From: Antedon mediterranea
Lineage: Eukaryota > Animalia > Echinodermata
Length of the DNA stretch: 64,000 bases
Direction of reading: 5' to 3'
Assembly (NCBI RefSeq): GCF_964355755.1
Contig: NC_092676.1
Span: forward strand, 14,960,871-15,024,870
Positions within the stretch are counted from its first letter, which is position 1. Each line of letters begins with the position of its first letter. The translations under genes and the position numbers were made by a program. Below the pieces are notes generated by a model. It did not search any database, had not been told where the DNA came from, and saw only the letters and a program-made list of their open reading frames with translations. Below, in pieces: positions 24,601 to 37,510 of this stretch.

Positions 24601-27600
24601 AGCAGTTGACTATGGATATAGTACAAGGTAGCAGTTGACTGTGGATATAGTACAAGGAAGCAGTTGGCTGTGGATATAGTACAAGGAAGCAGTTGACTAT
24701 GGATATAGTACAAGGAAGCAGTTGACTGTGGATATAGTACAAGGAAGCAGTTGGCTGTGGATATAGTACAAGGTAGCAGTTCACTATGGATATAGTACAA
24801 GGAAGCAGTTGACTGTGGATATAGTACAAGGAAGCAGTTGACTGTGGATATAGTACAAGGAAGCAGTTGACTATGGATATAGTACAAGGAAGCAGTTGAC
24901 TGTGGATATAGTACAAGGAAGCAGTTGACTGTGGATATAGTACAAGGAAGCAGTTGACTATGGATATAGTACAAGGAAGCAGTTGACTGTGGATATAGTA
25001 CAAGGTAGCAGTTGACTATGGATATAGTACAAGGTAGCAGTTGACTATGGATATAGTACAAGGAAGCAGTTGACTGTGGATATAGTACAAGGAAGCAGTT
25101 GACTGTGGATATAGTAAAAGGAAGCAGTTGACTATGGATATAGTACAAGGAAGCAGTTGACTATGGATATTATAGTACAAGGAAGCAGTTGACTATGGAT
25201 ATAGTACAAGGTAGCAGTTGACTGTGGATATAGTACAAGGAAGCAGTTGACTGTGGATATAGTACAAGGAAGCAGTTCACTATGGATATAGTACAAGGAA
25301 GCAGTTGACTATGGATATAGTACAAGGTAGCAGTTGACTGTGGATATAGTACAAGGAAGCAGTTGGCTGTGGATATAGTACAAGGAAGCAGTTGACTATG
25401 GATATAGTACAAGGTAGCAGTTGACTATGGATATAGTACAAGGAAGCAGTTGACTATGGATATAGTACAAGGAAGCAGTTGACTGCGGATATAGTACAAG
25501 GAAGCAGTTGACTGCGGATATAGTACAAGGAAGCAGTTGACTATGGATATAGTACAAGGAAGCAGTTGACTATGGATATAGTACAAGGAAGCAGTTGACT
25601 ATGGATATAGTACAAGGAAGCAGTTGACTATGGATATAGTACAAGGAAGCAGTTGACTATGGATATAGTACAAGGAAGCAGTTGACTATGGATATAGTAC
25701 AAGGAAGCAGTTGACTATGGATATAGTACAAGGAAGCAGTTGACTATGGATATAGTACAAGGAAGCAGTTGACTATGGATATAGAACAAGGTAGCAGTTG
25801 CTACGCTCGCGCTAACCGCTCGCCAATTCGCCAATGGCGACTGGAGTCTCCATTTGGCGAAAATAAATATTGCCTCGTTCGCCAAATTGGCGAAAATACA
25901 TTTCCCAAGCCTAGGCCTAGCCTGATCGGCGTGACTTCTTATGGGAGCGAGAATTTGCCACACTTCGGTACTTTCTGACAACATGTCACGGTCACTGACT
26001 CGGGTATACTTTTTACCGCCACAGCATTTTATGAAACGACATGACGATCGCCGCGTTCATTTTTTAGTTCTGTGTACACATGCGCAGTGCGATGACGTTT
26101 TAATGACACACAGCTAATGTGATTGGTTCGTGGCCGGCCGTCGACGTGATGATAGCGAATAAAAGGGGAAGTCCCTATTCTTCGACGTAGAAAAACTTCG
26201 AGAAGAAAACAAAAACATGTGGACGAATACTTCCGTAAACGTATAATCGGTTATGTTTTGTTGTTGGTGTATTTGAATCATTAGAAATAGAGAAAGTAGG
26301 CCTAGTACATATATTTCAGGACCGAATAAACAATGAAAAGAAATATTAATTTATGTCCTTGATTGTTCAGGTACAGTACAGAAAGAAAGTACTGCAAGTT
26401 GTAAATTGCTAAAAAATAAAATAATATTTTTTAATCGTAATCTTTTCCTTCGTGCGTGTTTACCTACTCAACAGCGAATATAAATATAAATTTCCCACCA
26501 TGTAAATGTAGAGACACGATCCAACACAGGTGAACCTCAACGAACAGGCCAACTAATAAACATAATATTGCGAACGTCCAGTCCATCCAGAAACGATGCC
26601 GAAAAAAAGATCATGGCAATTCATTCTAAATATAGTATCAGAACGTTCAATCGGTCGCTCAAAAAGACTGCCGACAAAAGACCGCAATTACAGACCTAGT
26701 TTTTTTTGGTCACATGGCATGAAACGCGATACTCTGCTTTACAGCAATCTTTCACGTGTTTTATTAACTCAGTACAAGAGGGTGGCTGCCGGTCTAACGA
26801 CGATTAATAAGATCGTGTACCTGGATTTTGTGTCACATGACATGAAACATAATACTCTCTTTACCCAAAACTGCTCACATGTACATGTTTTTCCCCCTCC
26901 AAATTCTGATCGGGCCTTTTTCTTTACGCATGTCGTAGGCCTAATCATTTTAAAAGGCCTAAGCCCTATGTTTGTATCTTAATATGGAATATATTATTTT
27001 GCATATATTTTGTTGGTGTCCTAGCCTAGGCCTAGGTGTCGTCGTTTTTATAATTTGTAGGTATTCCGAGGTAGGATTTATTAAAGAATTTATAGTATAG
27101 GCCGCCGAAACAGGCTAGCCTCGACTCTCTCTACTTGAGCCGAGGTCCACCAGTCCGATGTCGTTTCGTCAGCGGATTTCCGTCAAAAATTATTTGAATG
27201 TAAAAGAAATAAAATAACAAACAAATACATGCATTATTTATTTAATAAACATTTTTGCGAATTGTTATGGTTTTTTAAATTTGGCTAAAGGATTTTCAAT
27301 TTGGCTAATGTTTTTAAAAACCTTTCCTTAGCGCGAGCGTAGAGTTGACTGTGGATATAGTACAAGGTAGCAGTTGACTATGGATATAGTACAAGGTAGC
27401 AGTTGACTGTGGATATAGTACTGTACAAGGTAGCAGTTGACTGTGGATATAGTACAAGGAAGCAGTTGACTGTGGATATAGTACAAGGTAGCAGTTGACT
27501 GTGGATATAGTACAAGGAAGCAGTTGACTGTACAATACAAATAGAAATAAATTATTCTGTCTAACCTTCACATACTTGTGATGTCAGTTCATTTGAACCA

Positions 27601-30600
27601 TTCAGCTTTAGACGAAACACGCTATGTGATCGAGATGATCTTTCATTACAATCTGTTGCAGCAACAGAACGATTACAAGATGCTTTTTCAAGTAATTTCT
27701 TCACCTATTACAATTACAAGGTGTAAATATCATGATACTGTAGGTATTTAGTAATACTGTAAAAGTGATAATGGCCAAGAACGTTCCAATAACTAGCCAG
27801 TCAATTTTCATAAGCTTTACAATGGTGTTTATTTCGTAAAAATTGAGTAAATATTTAAAAAGTTATTAAATTTTATAAACTTACAAATCATTCAATTAGT
27901 TTACGAGAAAATCGCGTTTGAAGTTTGAAATTAAATTCTTTTTGATAAATGCTGAAAACTCACCCCGTAGCAACACAATATTTTGGTCTAAAGTAATCTG
28001 CCAGGGTAGTCGGTTTGGACGTATTTTGGCTGATTACGTGAATTTCTAAATGCCGACAAAGAGAGAATTTTGCCAGATCGGGTCACATATAATTAACCCC
28101 TATTAATGCATTTTTCTATGATTACTTGTAAGTTTTAATAAAACAATAATTTTTTTAATTCAATATCAAGAGGGAAACCCATATTCCATAAGAATTTCTT
28201 ATAGAAAAAATAGTTGAATCATTGAACTCCAAATTAGCTGTAATGAAATTAATATTCAAATTAGATTTTTTTTTTACTCCCAACCGTAGACCAACCAATT
28301 GTGCGCGACGTTTTCATTATTGTAGCTTTACCTCTCTACTTTAACTAAAATAAAAATCTATAGTTTTAAACACATTACAGCTATCCAAATTATTCTGGTA
28401 GTAGTGTTTGCCTATTTAAAAAAGAAATTAAAAAAATGTACCTCGTTTTGAGATGTAACATCTACCAAAGTAAGATTGGTAACTTGAGAATCAGTTTTAA
28501 TTTCATGCTTTAGTTTGTCTTCTCCAGACACCAACAAATCACGGATCATTTCATTGTAAATTTCCAAAAAGGATGCCTGCATTGTGTACTATGAACAAAT
28601 GTAAAAGCATTGAAAATGTTAGTGTACAAAACAGGAAGTGAACAAATCATTGCCAAAAACTAACCTTAACTTACTCAATTCACTTTGCTAGCAACTAATT
28701 ATTTGAAAAACTCTCAACAATGTTAGATGGACACTAAAAGATTTAACTGAACAACATACCTTTCTCAATTAAATATCACTTGAATGGAGCTCACCAGGAT
28801 TTTAGTTTTAGAGTTTTTAACCTTGTACATTTAATTTGATTAACATAGTCTGCTAAATAAATTTATACTACACTTTGCAAACAACTAATCTAGAATTGTT
28901 TATTTTTACTAGAGCTTAAAAGTCATCCTTACTGTCCAACCATTAGCCTCTAATTCATCCACACATTTAAATATCTGTGCTACTGCTCTAGGAATCATTC
29001 CCATAGTTTCTTCATTGGGATTATTTGGACCTTCCATTGTATAAGTCTTTCCACTTCCGGTCTGACCATAAGCAAATATACATACATTGTACCCATCAAG
29101 GGCACTCTGTACCATTTGCGAAATTTCCTCAAAAACTTCAACTTGACTGGAATCTGGACTGAAAACTCTATCAAAGTCAAATGAATACTTGCTTCCACTT
29201 GATTTTCGATGCCCTACACAACTCTGAAAGAAAAAGCATTTGTTGTTTTTTAGTTTGAAAGTATATTTTTCTGAATATGCCATTTTTATGCCAGATTGTA
29301 TTGTTTAATTCTCGCCTTTTTTAAAGCGAAATCATTATTTTTGTAAATTATTTTTGAGAAAGTTAAACTAGCATGGCCTATTCAATGTGTGATTTTATTA
29401 GATACTAGTGAAGATCCAATTTAAATTACAGTAGAACACCCTTCTTTGGGACACTTCTGTTAATGGAACAGGGACACTTTGGAGCGCACCAAATGATTGA
29501 TTTAATGGAACAGGGACACTTTGGAGCGCACCAAATGATTGATTTAACCCACATTAAAGCTTGGTTTCAACTAGAACGGAACGCAAGGACATAAATTGAC
29601 TAATTACAAGCAATGGATTATTCAAAAATGTTATTGGTCAACTCGCTTGTGTTGCTTGGTTAAGTATAAACTACTTAAATATTTATAAATCTTTTGATCA
29701 GTATATTATATATTTTAAAGTTAATGTGTGTTTTCAATTTATATGTGATTTATGTATGTGGTTTGGAGTATTGGAGAGCCACTTTGATAGTGCTTGCACT
29801 GTTGGCAATCCTCAGGGTACTCCATCCACGCTTGTTTGTATAATGTTGGTTCTTTCTGTTTGTATACCTGGAATACAAATAAATAAATCTGACCTCGTCA
29901 ACTTTATCCATCTCAAGGACATTGCAATCAATTCCTGTAAAGTGTAGATGGTTTATCTCTCCACAGGTTTCCTTTTCTTCATGTAACAGAGGACGTACTC
30001 TACAAAACACACGTATGTTTCCCTGTTGCAATGTAAAATTAAAGAGAAAAATAACAAAAAAACAGTTAATAGTTGCATAACTTCAAATATCATACACATA
30101 ACTGGTGGTTCCACTACTTCTACTTGTTCTCTAAACATGAAAGGGCTGCAAATTAACTTGTTAGATGAAACATTATTTTAGAAAGCTTCATACCACACAT
30201 TTTATACATACTTTGAGTTCCTGGACAGTATTATGTAACTTCCTTCTTACTGATTCCGCCTCTTGTAAGTTAGACTCATTCACTTTTATGGTATCTAAGT
30301 GAGTTGCAATTTTAGCATGAAGACTAGCAATTATCTCCTCTTGGTGGGTACAAGTCTGCTGCGACTTTTCAAGTAAGCCCTTAATAGATGCCACTTCTGC
30401 TTCCATGCCTACTTGATCAGATTTCATTTGTGCAATGTTACACTTGAGACCAATACACTCCTTATGCAATACCTCTATTTCTCCCTCCAGTGATTTCTTT
30501 TTAAGCTCTAGTGATGAATTCCGTGCCTCTAAGTCTTCTGTTTCACATTGGTGCCTCCTCTTCATAGTGGCAACCTCGTATTCAAAATCTCTGCAATAGA

Positions 30601-33371
30601 AAATAATTTATGTGCATCATTGTACAGTCAACTCTTCTAACACAATTGGGATATCTGGGTTTCTGTAAATGTTGTCATTTCAAATCAAATCAGTCTTTTA
30701 TTCCATTCTTCACATATAAAAAAATACAATAGCATTACGTCATTATCAAAAAGATGCGACATTATCAGAGTGATCAATTGGTGATCCCAAAGTTGAAAAA
30801 AGCAAACCCAAAATATTTTATTGCATAATTGAAACAATTGTGCACCAAAAATGTTCAATTTAACATGTTGTCAAGTCTAAGGTGCCGCAACCTATAGTCA
30901 TAAAATAAGCACAGGTTTGTAAAACCTCCTTGACCATATAGTTCTGGTTGTAGAACAAGTCTCAAAGCTTGTGTGTACATTTAAGAACCAAGAGCATTAT
31001 CGTAATCTGAGCAATATTAGTGCTGTAACAGACAAATGAGTGCCATTTGATTTACAGTTTTCTGTAACTTTGGGACTGTTGTCACTGTAGAAGTGCTTAA
31101 TAAATATGAAATCACCCAATATATAATTATAAATAATACAACCAATAGTGCAGAAACCATTGTATACCTTATATTCCTTTGCAGTTGACTTATTGTCTGA
31201 CAATTTTCAGATAAGATTTGATCTTTTTGTGCTACACTTTTCTGTAGACACACATTCTTCATGTCAAGTCGTTCAGTTTGTTGATTATTCTCATTTAGAT
31301 TCCTTTGAAGGCTATGATTAGTCATTTCTCTCATCTCCATTAATTTTTCCATATCTGATAATCGTCCTTTCAAATCCCAAGCTGGTCTTTTTTTAGGAGC
31401 TGTAACCGATTCTAAAATAGATAGATATAGCAGATAAAATACCACTGAACGTGAAAAATTTATGTAAAAATATTGACTATTTACTGTATTCTTTATGTTA
31501 GGCTACTGAACCGAATTCATTTAAAATTGGAAAGTGCACATTTTGTCAATTCACAAAAAAAAACCTTAATCATTTTGTTAAAAAAGCGTTATTAATTATT
31601 CTTATATTCGAAACTTCGAAAATTTAATTTTACAAACTGTTGTTGATATTAACGGTTAAAAAAATAATTGAGAATGAGTCAAAACATTAATCCTCTTTTT
31701 TAGGGTTATTTTTCTTTTAATAAAAAAAAATATAGTTATTTATTTTTTTTAATTAAAAGAAATCTAGTTATTTATTTGTTTAATTAAATTGAATCTGCTG
31801 AGTATAACGAATGGTAAAAGGTACTTTTTGTAACTGCCACAGGTCGGTTTCCGGTTTTGCTTATTTTTGTACTAGCTGCACAACCTACAAAAAAAAACAG
31901 AAGGCATTTAATTAGATTTAAATTTTTAATAATAAATTTTTAATTTTATTTTCACACCAAACACAAAGTTACAGATAAGAAGTCAATATATTTGATCCAC
32001 AGTATGGTCACCAAGAAAAAAAATGACAGTGCAAACCATTATTACCTCAGCCAGAATGGCGAGAAGTTATGAGGTCAATCAGTTCTGGGTGTTTTGCAAA
32101 GATTACTTAAAAAGTTTTCATAAGATGTTAAAGGATGGTTTCATAGCTAGGCAGAGGTTTGTGCTCTCTTAGCTCCCTTCTAGTTTAAGTTAGTATGCTT
32201 ATTTCAGGAGGCTGCCCTAACTTTTACAGAAAATTTCATAATTACAACATACATATTTAAAGATGTATTGTCCCTTTGACTAATTCCAAAAAAATAAAAA
32301 ATAATAGATTTCGAAAAAAGGTGGGTCATTTTGAAGTATCATAATAGTTATTAACTATCACCAAAAATTTTTCGAAAAAAAAAAAATTTAACTGAAATAC
32401 AGACGTTTTTTTGGTAAAAAAATAACTTTGACTTCCAGTCAAAGTTTTCAATCAAAACATATCCCATAATGAAACGCGCTTGTTTGGCTACTCTGTATGC
32501 ATAATCATAAAACTTCCTCATGATCTGTGTGAAAATACCTTCTTAACCGTGACGAGTTGTAAACAATCCTAATTTAGCATATGCATAATGCGTACTCATG
32601 GTTTGAAATCTTTGTTTACTTTCGCTCGTGACGATTTTCCAGATGAAATGTAATCAAACTAATTTACCTGTTAATTATGTAAACTTGTTGTTTTTGGCTC
32701 AAATTTTCGACTTAAAGTGAATAACTTTAATATTACTTTGATATGGCCACTTTAAATTTAGAATATTTTGACCTTCATTTTTTTGTGTTTCAAGGGACAA
32801 TACATCTTTAAGCTATAGTAACATAATTACTGTATACAAAATAGTACTGATTTTATGAAAACATGTACCTGTTCTTTTCGTTGATTGTTTCTTAGCAACA
32901 ATTTTTGGTTTCCTCAACTCAACAGACTTCTTGGGGAAGCATTTTTTAACCTCTGGTGCATTTACTTTTGTCTTTTTTGCAGCATTACTTTGTGAATTTT
33001 CAGGTAACTGGCGTTTAAATTGAGGCTTTGGAAGCTTAGACATGATTGGCAGTTTACTGGTTGGACAAACTTTTGCTACAGGAGCACTTGAACCATGAAT
33101 GCCTGTAGTTGGTTGAGGCTTAAAAAGACATGATTGATTGTGAAAATGTTGTCATAATTATGGATACAATTATACTGTAAAATACTGTTAGTGTTATCAA
33201 TGAATCGTTTCATACAAACTTACAGTATGCTTGGTTCCCACTAGAGTTGACCGATGGCAAGCGACAGACAGTTTGAATAATCCATGTCCTTGTGTCGTGT
33301 CTCTAGTGGAAACCAAGCATAATGACATAACAATATCATAGCAAAAAGCTTACACGACCAATTGATGACAT
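21619..33371 (-). CDS. KIFC1: Kinesin-14 C-terminal motor protein (KIFC1/Ncd/XCTK2-like), about 663 aa
   Basis: 12 phase-consistent GT-AG coding exons (1992 nt): 33371-33354, 33118-32869, 31884-31825, 31411-31168, 30590-30212, 30022-29894, 29223-28933, 28588-28442, 27704-27566, 22773-22560, 22358-22283, 21663-21619. Motifs: [12 protein letters not shown], coiled coil, [23 protein letters not shown] neck, [51 protein letters not shown]. The start codon and the small N-terminal exons are less certain. Confidence 0.93.
22836..25800. repeat. Intronic minisatellite, 29-bp unit GGATATAGTACAAGGAAGCAGTTGACTRT, about 100 copies
   Basis: Directly visible. Continues at 27343-27530 after a transposon insertion. 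Confidence 0.97.
25801..27342. mobile_element. Non-autonomous TIR DNA transposon with 5-bp TSD (hAT5-like)
   Basis: Perfect 15-bp TIR CTACGCTCGCGCTAA/TTAGCGCGAGCGTAG, TSD AGTTG on both sides, subterminal TTGGCGA/TTGGCTA repeats. Splits a minisatellite unit cleanly. Confidence 0.88.
27343..27530. repeat. Remainder of the 29-bp minisatellite (about 6 copies)
   Basis: Same unit as 22836-25800. Confidence 0.95.
33227..33320. mobile_element. Short MITE (PIF/Harbinger-like); related degenerate copies at about 21803-21927 and 29555-29670
   Basis: TIR ATGCTTGGTTCCCACTAGAG / CTCTAGTGGAAACCAAGCAT. Confidence 0.65.
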
Positions 33372-34467
33372 TTTGGGATTTCCAACCTTATCTTGTTCTG
33401 AAAAATAGAATAGTAGACTTGCATTACAATCTATTTATTGTGTACAAAGAGTGATTAAGATGTGAACATTCATAAACAAGGGTTGGTACACTCCTTGAAA
33501 AAGAAAACGATGTTGCATACCCAGAAATCGTTCGTCGTACATACAGTATGGTGCTAAAATGTCTGATTTTTTTAAATAAAATTTAAAGGGAATTACCCAG
33601 AAACAATTTGAAAAAAATATATGTTTTCATGCAATACTATCAAATAATAAATTAATAAATTATAAAGGGGAAATACAGTAAATTAGGACCTACAGTATAC
33701 CCCTACCTCTCCTGTGAAAGTATTGAAGAATGTTATTAGTGCTGGTGGGATTTGTAGTGCCGGGCAGGGCCACCCAGCATGGGCACAACCCTGCCATAAA
33801 CAAAGGACCACAATGAACACCTAGATGTAAGTTAACAATGATGATCAAAGCCCAACAATACAAAATAAATAAATACAGTACTTAACAGCTTCATTAATTA
33901 AGCCAATTATTACTAAGCCATCTATCTATAAATTAATAGTATTTTTTTTGTTACGGATGGGACATATTTGAGAATATAATACAGTCTTAGAAATAAAAAA
34001 GAATAAGATTCAAAGTAGAATAAAATGTATACATATATGGCCAACGTTAATTATGAAAATCAAAAAGACTTAAAAAAAATTGTTTATTATGAAAATTGTA
34101 TGCATCACAGACAGGACGGCAAATGGACATGACTTTTAAGAAGGTTTACATATTGTAATACAGTATTTCTCATTTAAAAGAGATTTTAAAATTTGTTTTG
34201 TATTATTTAATTATGTTGCCAAATTGTTGTTTTAGATGACTGTTTTGTGATAAATAAACAACAGGTTATCAGCCTACAGCACAAAAACACTTCTTAATTC
34301 TTAAAATAGTGCCATCCCATCCATAACAAAAATGTTCCATCTGTAACATTCAATAAATTTTGATAGTAATCGCTTTTTTAAATAAAAAATACAAGTTTTA
34401 AACATTTTTTTAAAATCTGTTGCAATTTATGAAATAAAAAGGATTTAAATGATGTCCTGTCCTGGCA

Positions 34468-35355
34468 GCGATTTCTTTTTTCGTACATAAGTTGGGGACC
34501 CCCTCATGAAACGTCACCAAATAAACATGAATAATTCATCAGTTAAATTTTCTTGTTCCGTGTGCACCCAAGCGTATTGCGATACGATTCTAGGCCTATC
34601 TCCGCTGTTGTTGCGGCGTGCGATTTCATAGAAGAATAGCTGCGTTTTGTGTGGATTGTCGAAATAATCAGCCTTTGGTTTATGGTGTTTTTAATATAAT
34701 TTATTACTAAGAATTACGTATTAAAAATTATAGTTTCTATTAATACTATTAGGCCTAATTATTAGTCTCTAAACGAAAACCCATGTCTATTCTAGTAGTA
34801 GCTGTGTGTGTGACGTGTGTGTTAGGTATATGCCACAATCCGAGTAATAAGTCAGCAAAATTAAACAATAAACATTACATAAAAATACATTTTTTATTCT
34901 CGTGGGTCTAATCTTCCCATCTCATGTGTTCATATACGCGCATTTTTAAAGTTCCTTTGAGTAGATGCAAATTGTTTGATAATAAAATAGCAGAATCAAA
35001 AAAATACAGTACACAAATTATACACATTCCTTATTCTTGTGGGTCTGAGCTTTCTTTGGGCTATGTCCAATGAATTACTACTTAGTGTAATGTCTTGCCG
35101 ATTAGCCTCGACTCGACACATTTTGCATAGTGGTGTGTGTGTGTGTGTGAAGAAGAGTGCGCGAAGGCAATCACATGAATTGACTTAGAATCCTAGGCCT
35201 GTAGAAAGTATCGTATCGCAGTTGTGTAATGATCACTTCTTGTTGCTATACGCTTGGGTGCACACGGAACAACAAATTTAACTGATGAATTATTCATGTT
35301 TATTTTGTGACGTTTCATGAGGGGTCCCCAACTCATGTACGAAAAAAAAAATCGC
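34468..35355. mobile_element. Non-autonomous Mutator-like (MULE) element
   Basis: TIRs of about 110 bp (GCGATTTCTTTTTTCGTACAT.AGTTGGGGACCCC..GTGTGCACCCAAGCGTA) and exact 9-bp TSD GTCCTGGCA at 34459-34467 and 35356-35364. Confidence 0.88.
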
Positions 35356-35961
35356 GTCCTGGCAAGTTGAGTTACAGCTGTATGTATGGTCAAACCAATA
35401 AATATAAGCTAAATCATGTACTATCGAATCTTTATATTTCTATAATAATTAAGTTTGCCTGCCAATAACTCAATGTATATTTCGTTTAAAAGAACGTATC
35501 ACATTCAACCTGTAAAAAAAGAGAATAAATTACATAATAATGTAGATTGTTATTTACGTCCGAGAAAAAGAAAACCTGTCGAAACAATGACAATCAAAGC
35601 GCACACGGCGTTCCATACAAATTACCGTTATTGAACTAGCGGCCGCTTCGACCGTAATCCGTTCTCCCCCCTCCCTGAGCTGGCATTTTTCGGTAAAATA
35701 ATTACATAAAATCACGTTTTTAAGTGAAAAATGTTTTGTATTAACATTTTAAAATTCAATAAAATATATTAAAAAATTAGTAAAAATAAAAAATAATATT
35801 TAGGCCTATTTAACCTCATTCGAAGAATGTCAATATTTTAATAGGCCTCTAGGCAGGATATGACCGGTCGGTGATTTTTATGAAACGCCCAGTGCATGCG
35901 TCTTTTAAGACATTTCGCGTAGTGATGTCCTAGTACATAAGTTCATGGTCTTGGTTTTTTG

Positions 35962-37437
35962 CTAGGCTCGCACTGGCCGATTGCCAAGTTGCCATGGGCA
36001 AAAACGTTTCTAGATTGGCGAAAAATCAAACGGCTACTTTAGCCATTTTGGCGATGACATATGATAAAATAGATAATTCAATAATCATTTTGGCGAAAGC
36101 ATAAAGTCCAACTAAAAGGTCCATTTGTCGATCTCCAAGCATTTATTTTGTTCGTTATCACGTTGTTTACTTCAAGCTCCATTTTTCGTCAACTTGTTTC
36201 GGTGTACCAGGCGTCTCTTTGTTATTTCGAAAGATGGAGATAGCAGAGGTAGACTGCACAGAGAGACAGACGTTACACGACACATGGATGATGAAGTCTA
36301 CCCAAACTATCACGTGTTGTGCGCTGCACAAACGATCGACTACGTAGCCGACGGTCGGCTAATTACCGGGATTGTCTATTTTTCGATAGGGGTGTACTTT
36401 TCAGACTAAAAAGAAACATTACTGTATAGTATCTTCGATGAATGACGTCTTAATCTTATCGAAATGAAAAATGTATGCGTTATGCATTTTAGAGTCTTCC
36501 AATTTAATGTAGTTTCATATTTTACCCTTAATAAACTTCCCTCGTGCGTCAGTGTAAACAAAACAACATGCGGGAAATGGTAGAGTCTAACGGGATTTAG
36601 CTAAACACACATGTGCATCTGAGCGGGGCCGGCCGCCGACTTCTGTGTTGTTGTTGTGTAAATAAATAATAATCGGGATAAATTTCTCGCCCTGACATAA
36701 ACGCTTCGGCGCAGCCTTGAGGGATGGAAAGACGTGTACTCTGTGCTTTGGCCTATATTATCTTACGTTTAACAACGATACGAGTGTTCGTTTGCTAGGA
36801 ATTTTCCTTAATATTTTTAGCATACGATATACCGTTGCGTTGTTGTACATAATTTTGTAGGCCTGGGCCGGCGGTTCTGCACTTTCGCACCTCTTGAGCA
36901 TACCCAATTTAAAAACATTAACCCGCTGATCGGCGGTGATTCTGAGTGATTCTAGGACACGATTTTCGCCTGGTACGCCATGGAAGCCGTCACACGCAAA
37001 CATGACCAGCCAAGCGTAAAAAACAAAAGTAACAGCGTTCAGTTTTAGGGGATTTCAGAAAACTGTAAAATGTTTCTTATTAAATTGATAACTGTATGAA
37101 TGCTGAATGATTAAAAACAATTTGAACAATTGTTTTGATCATGTAAAAAAAATACAAAAAAAATATTTTTTTTAATCATACAGTGATTTAGGCATGGTTC
37201 TTTTTCTCAATGCCTTACAAAAATGTTCAGGGAACAGTGTTGACATAGATAAATTGACTAAAATGTTTTTACCACTATATTTCAAAAATTTTAAATTTTG
37301 GCTATAAACCGATTCATTTGGCTAAATAAAAAAATTTGACTTTAGCCATTTTGACTATAGATAAACTGATTTGACTAAAAAAATATTTTGACTTTCGCCA
37401 AATGGCTAAACAAAATGAATAGTTAGTGCTACCCCAG
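35962..37437. mobile_element. Second non-autonomous TIR element with 5-bp TSD (hAT5-like)
   Basis: Imperfect TIR CTAGGCTCGCACT / AGTGCTACCCCAG, TSD TTTTG on both sides, and the same subterminal TTGGCGA/TTGGCTA motifs as 25801-27342. Confidence 0.75.
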
Positions 37438-37510
37438 TTTTGTGTCATGAAAATAAATAATATATAATTACATATTACAATTAACAACACAGCCAAGGAA
37501 AGTAGTAATT

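Noticed and set aside
23067-25412. Cys/Tyr-rich repeat ORFs, or a CRISPR-like array of 29-bp repeats
   Set aside because: Head-to-tail units with no unique spacers, no cas genes, and located in a eukaryotic intron.
26596-26982. 128-aa ORF as a transposase
   Set aside because: No DDE or zinc-finger motif recognised; the element appears non-autonomous.
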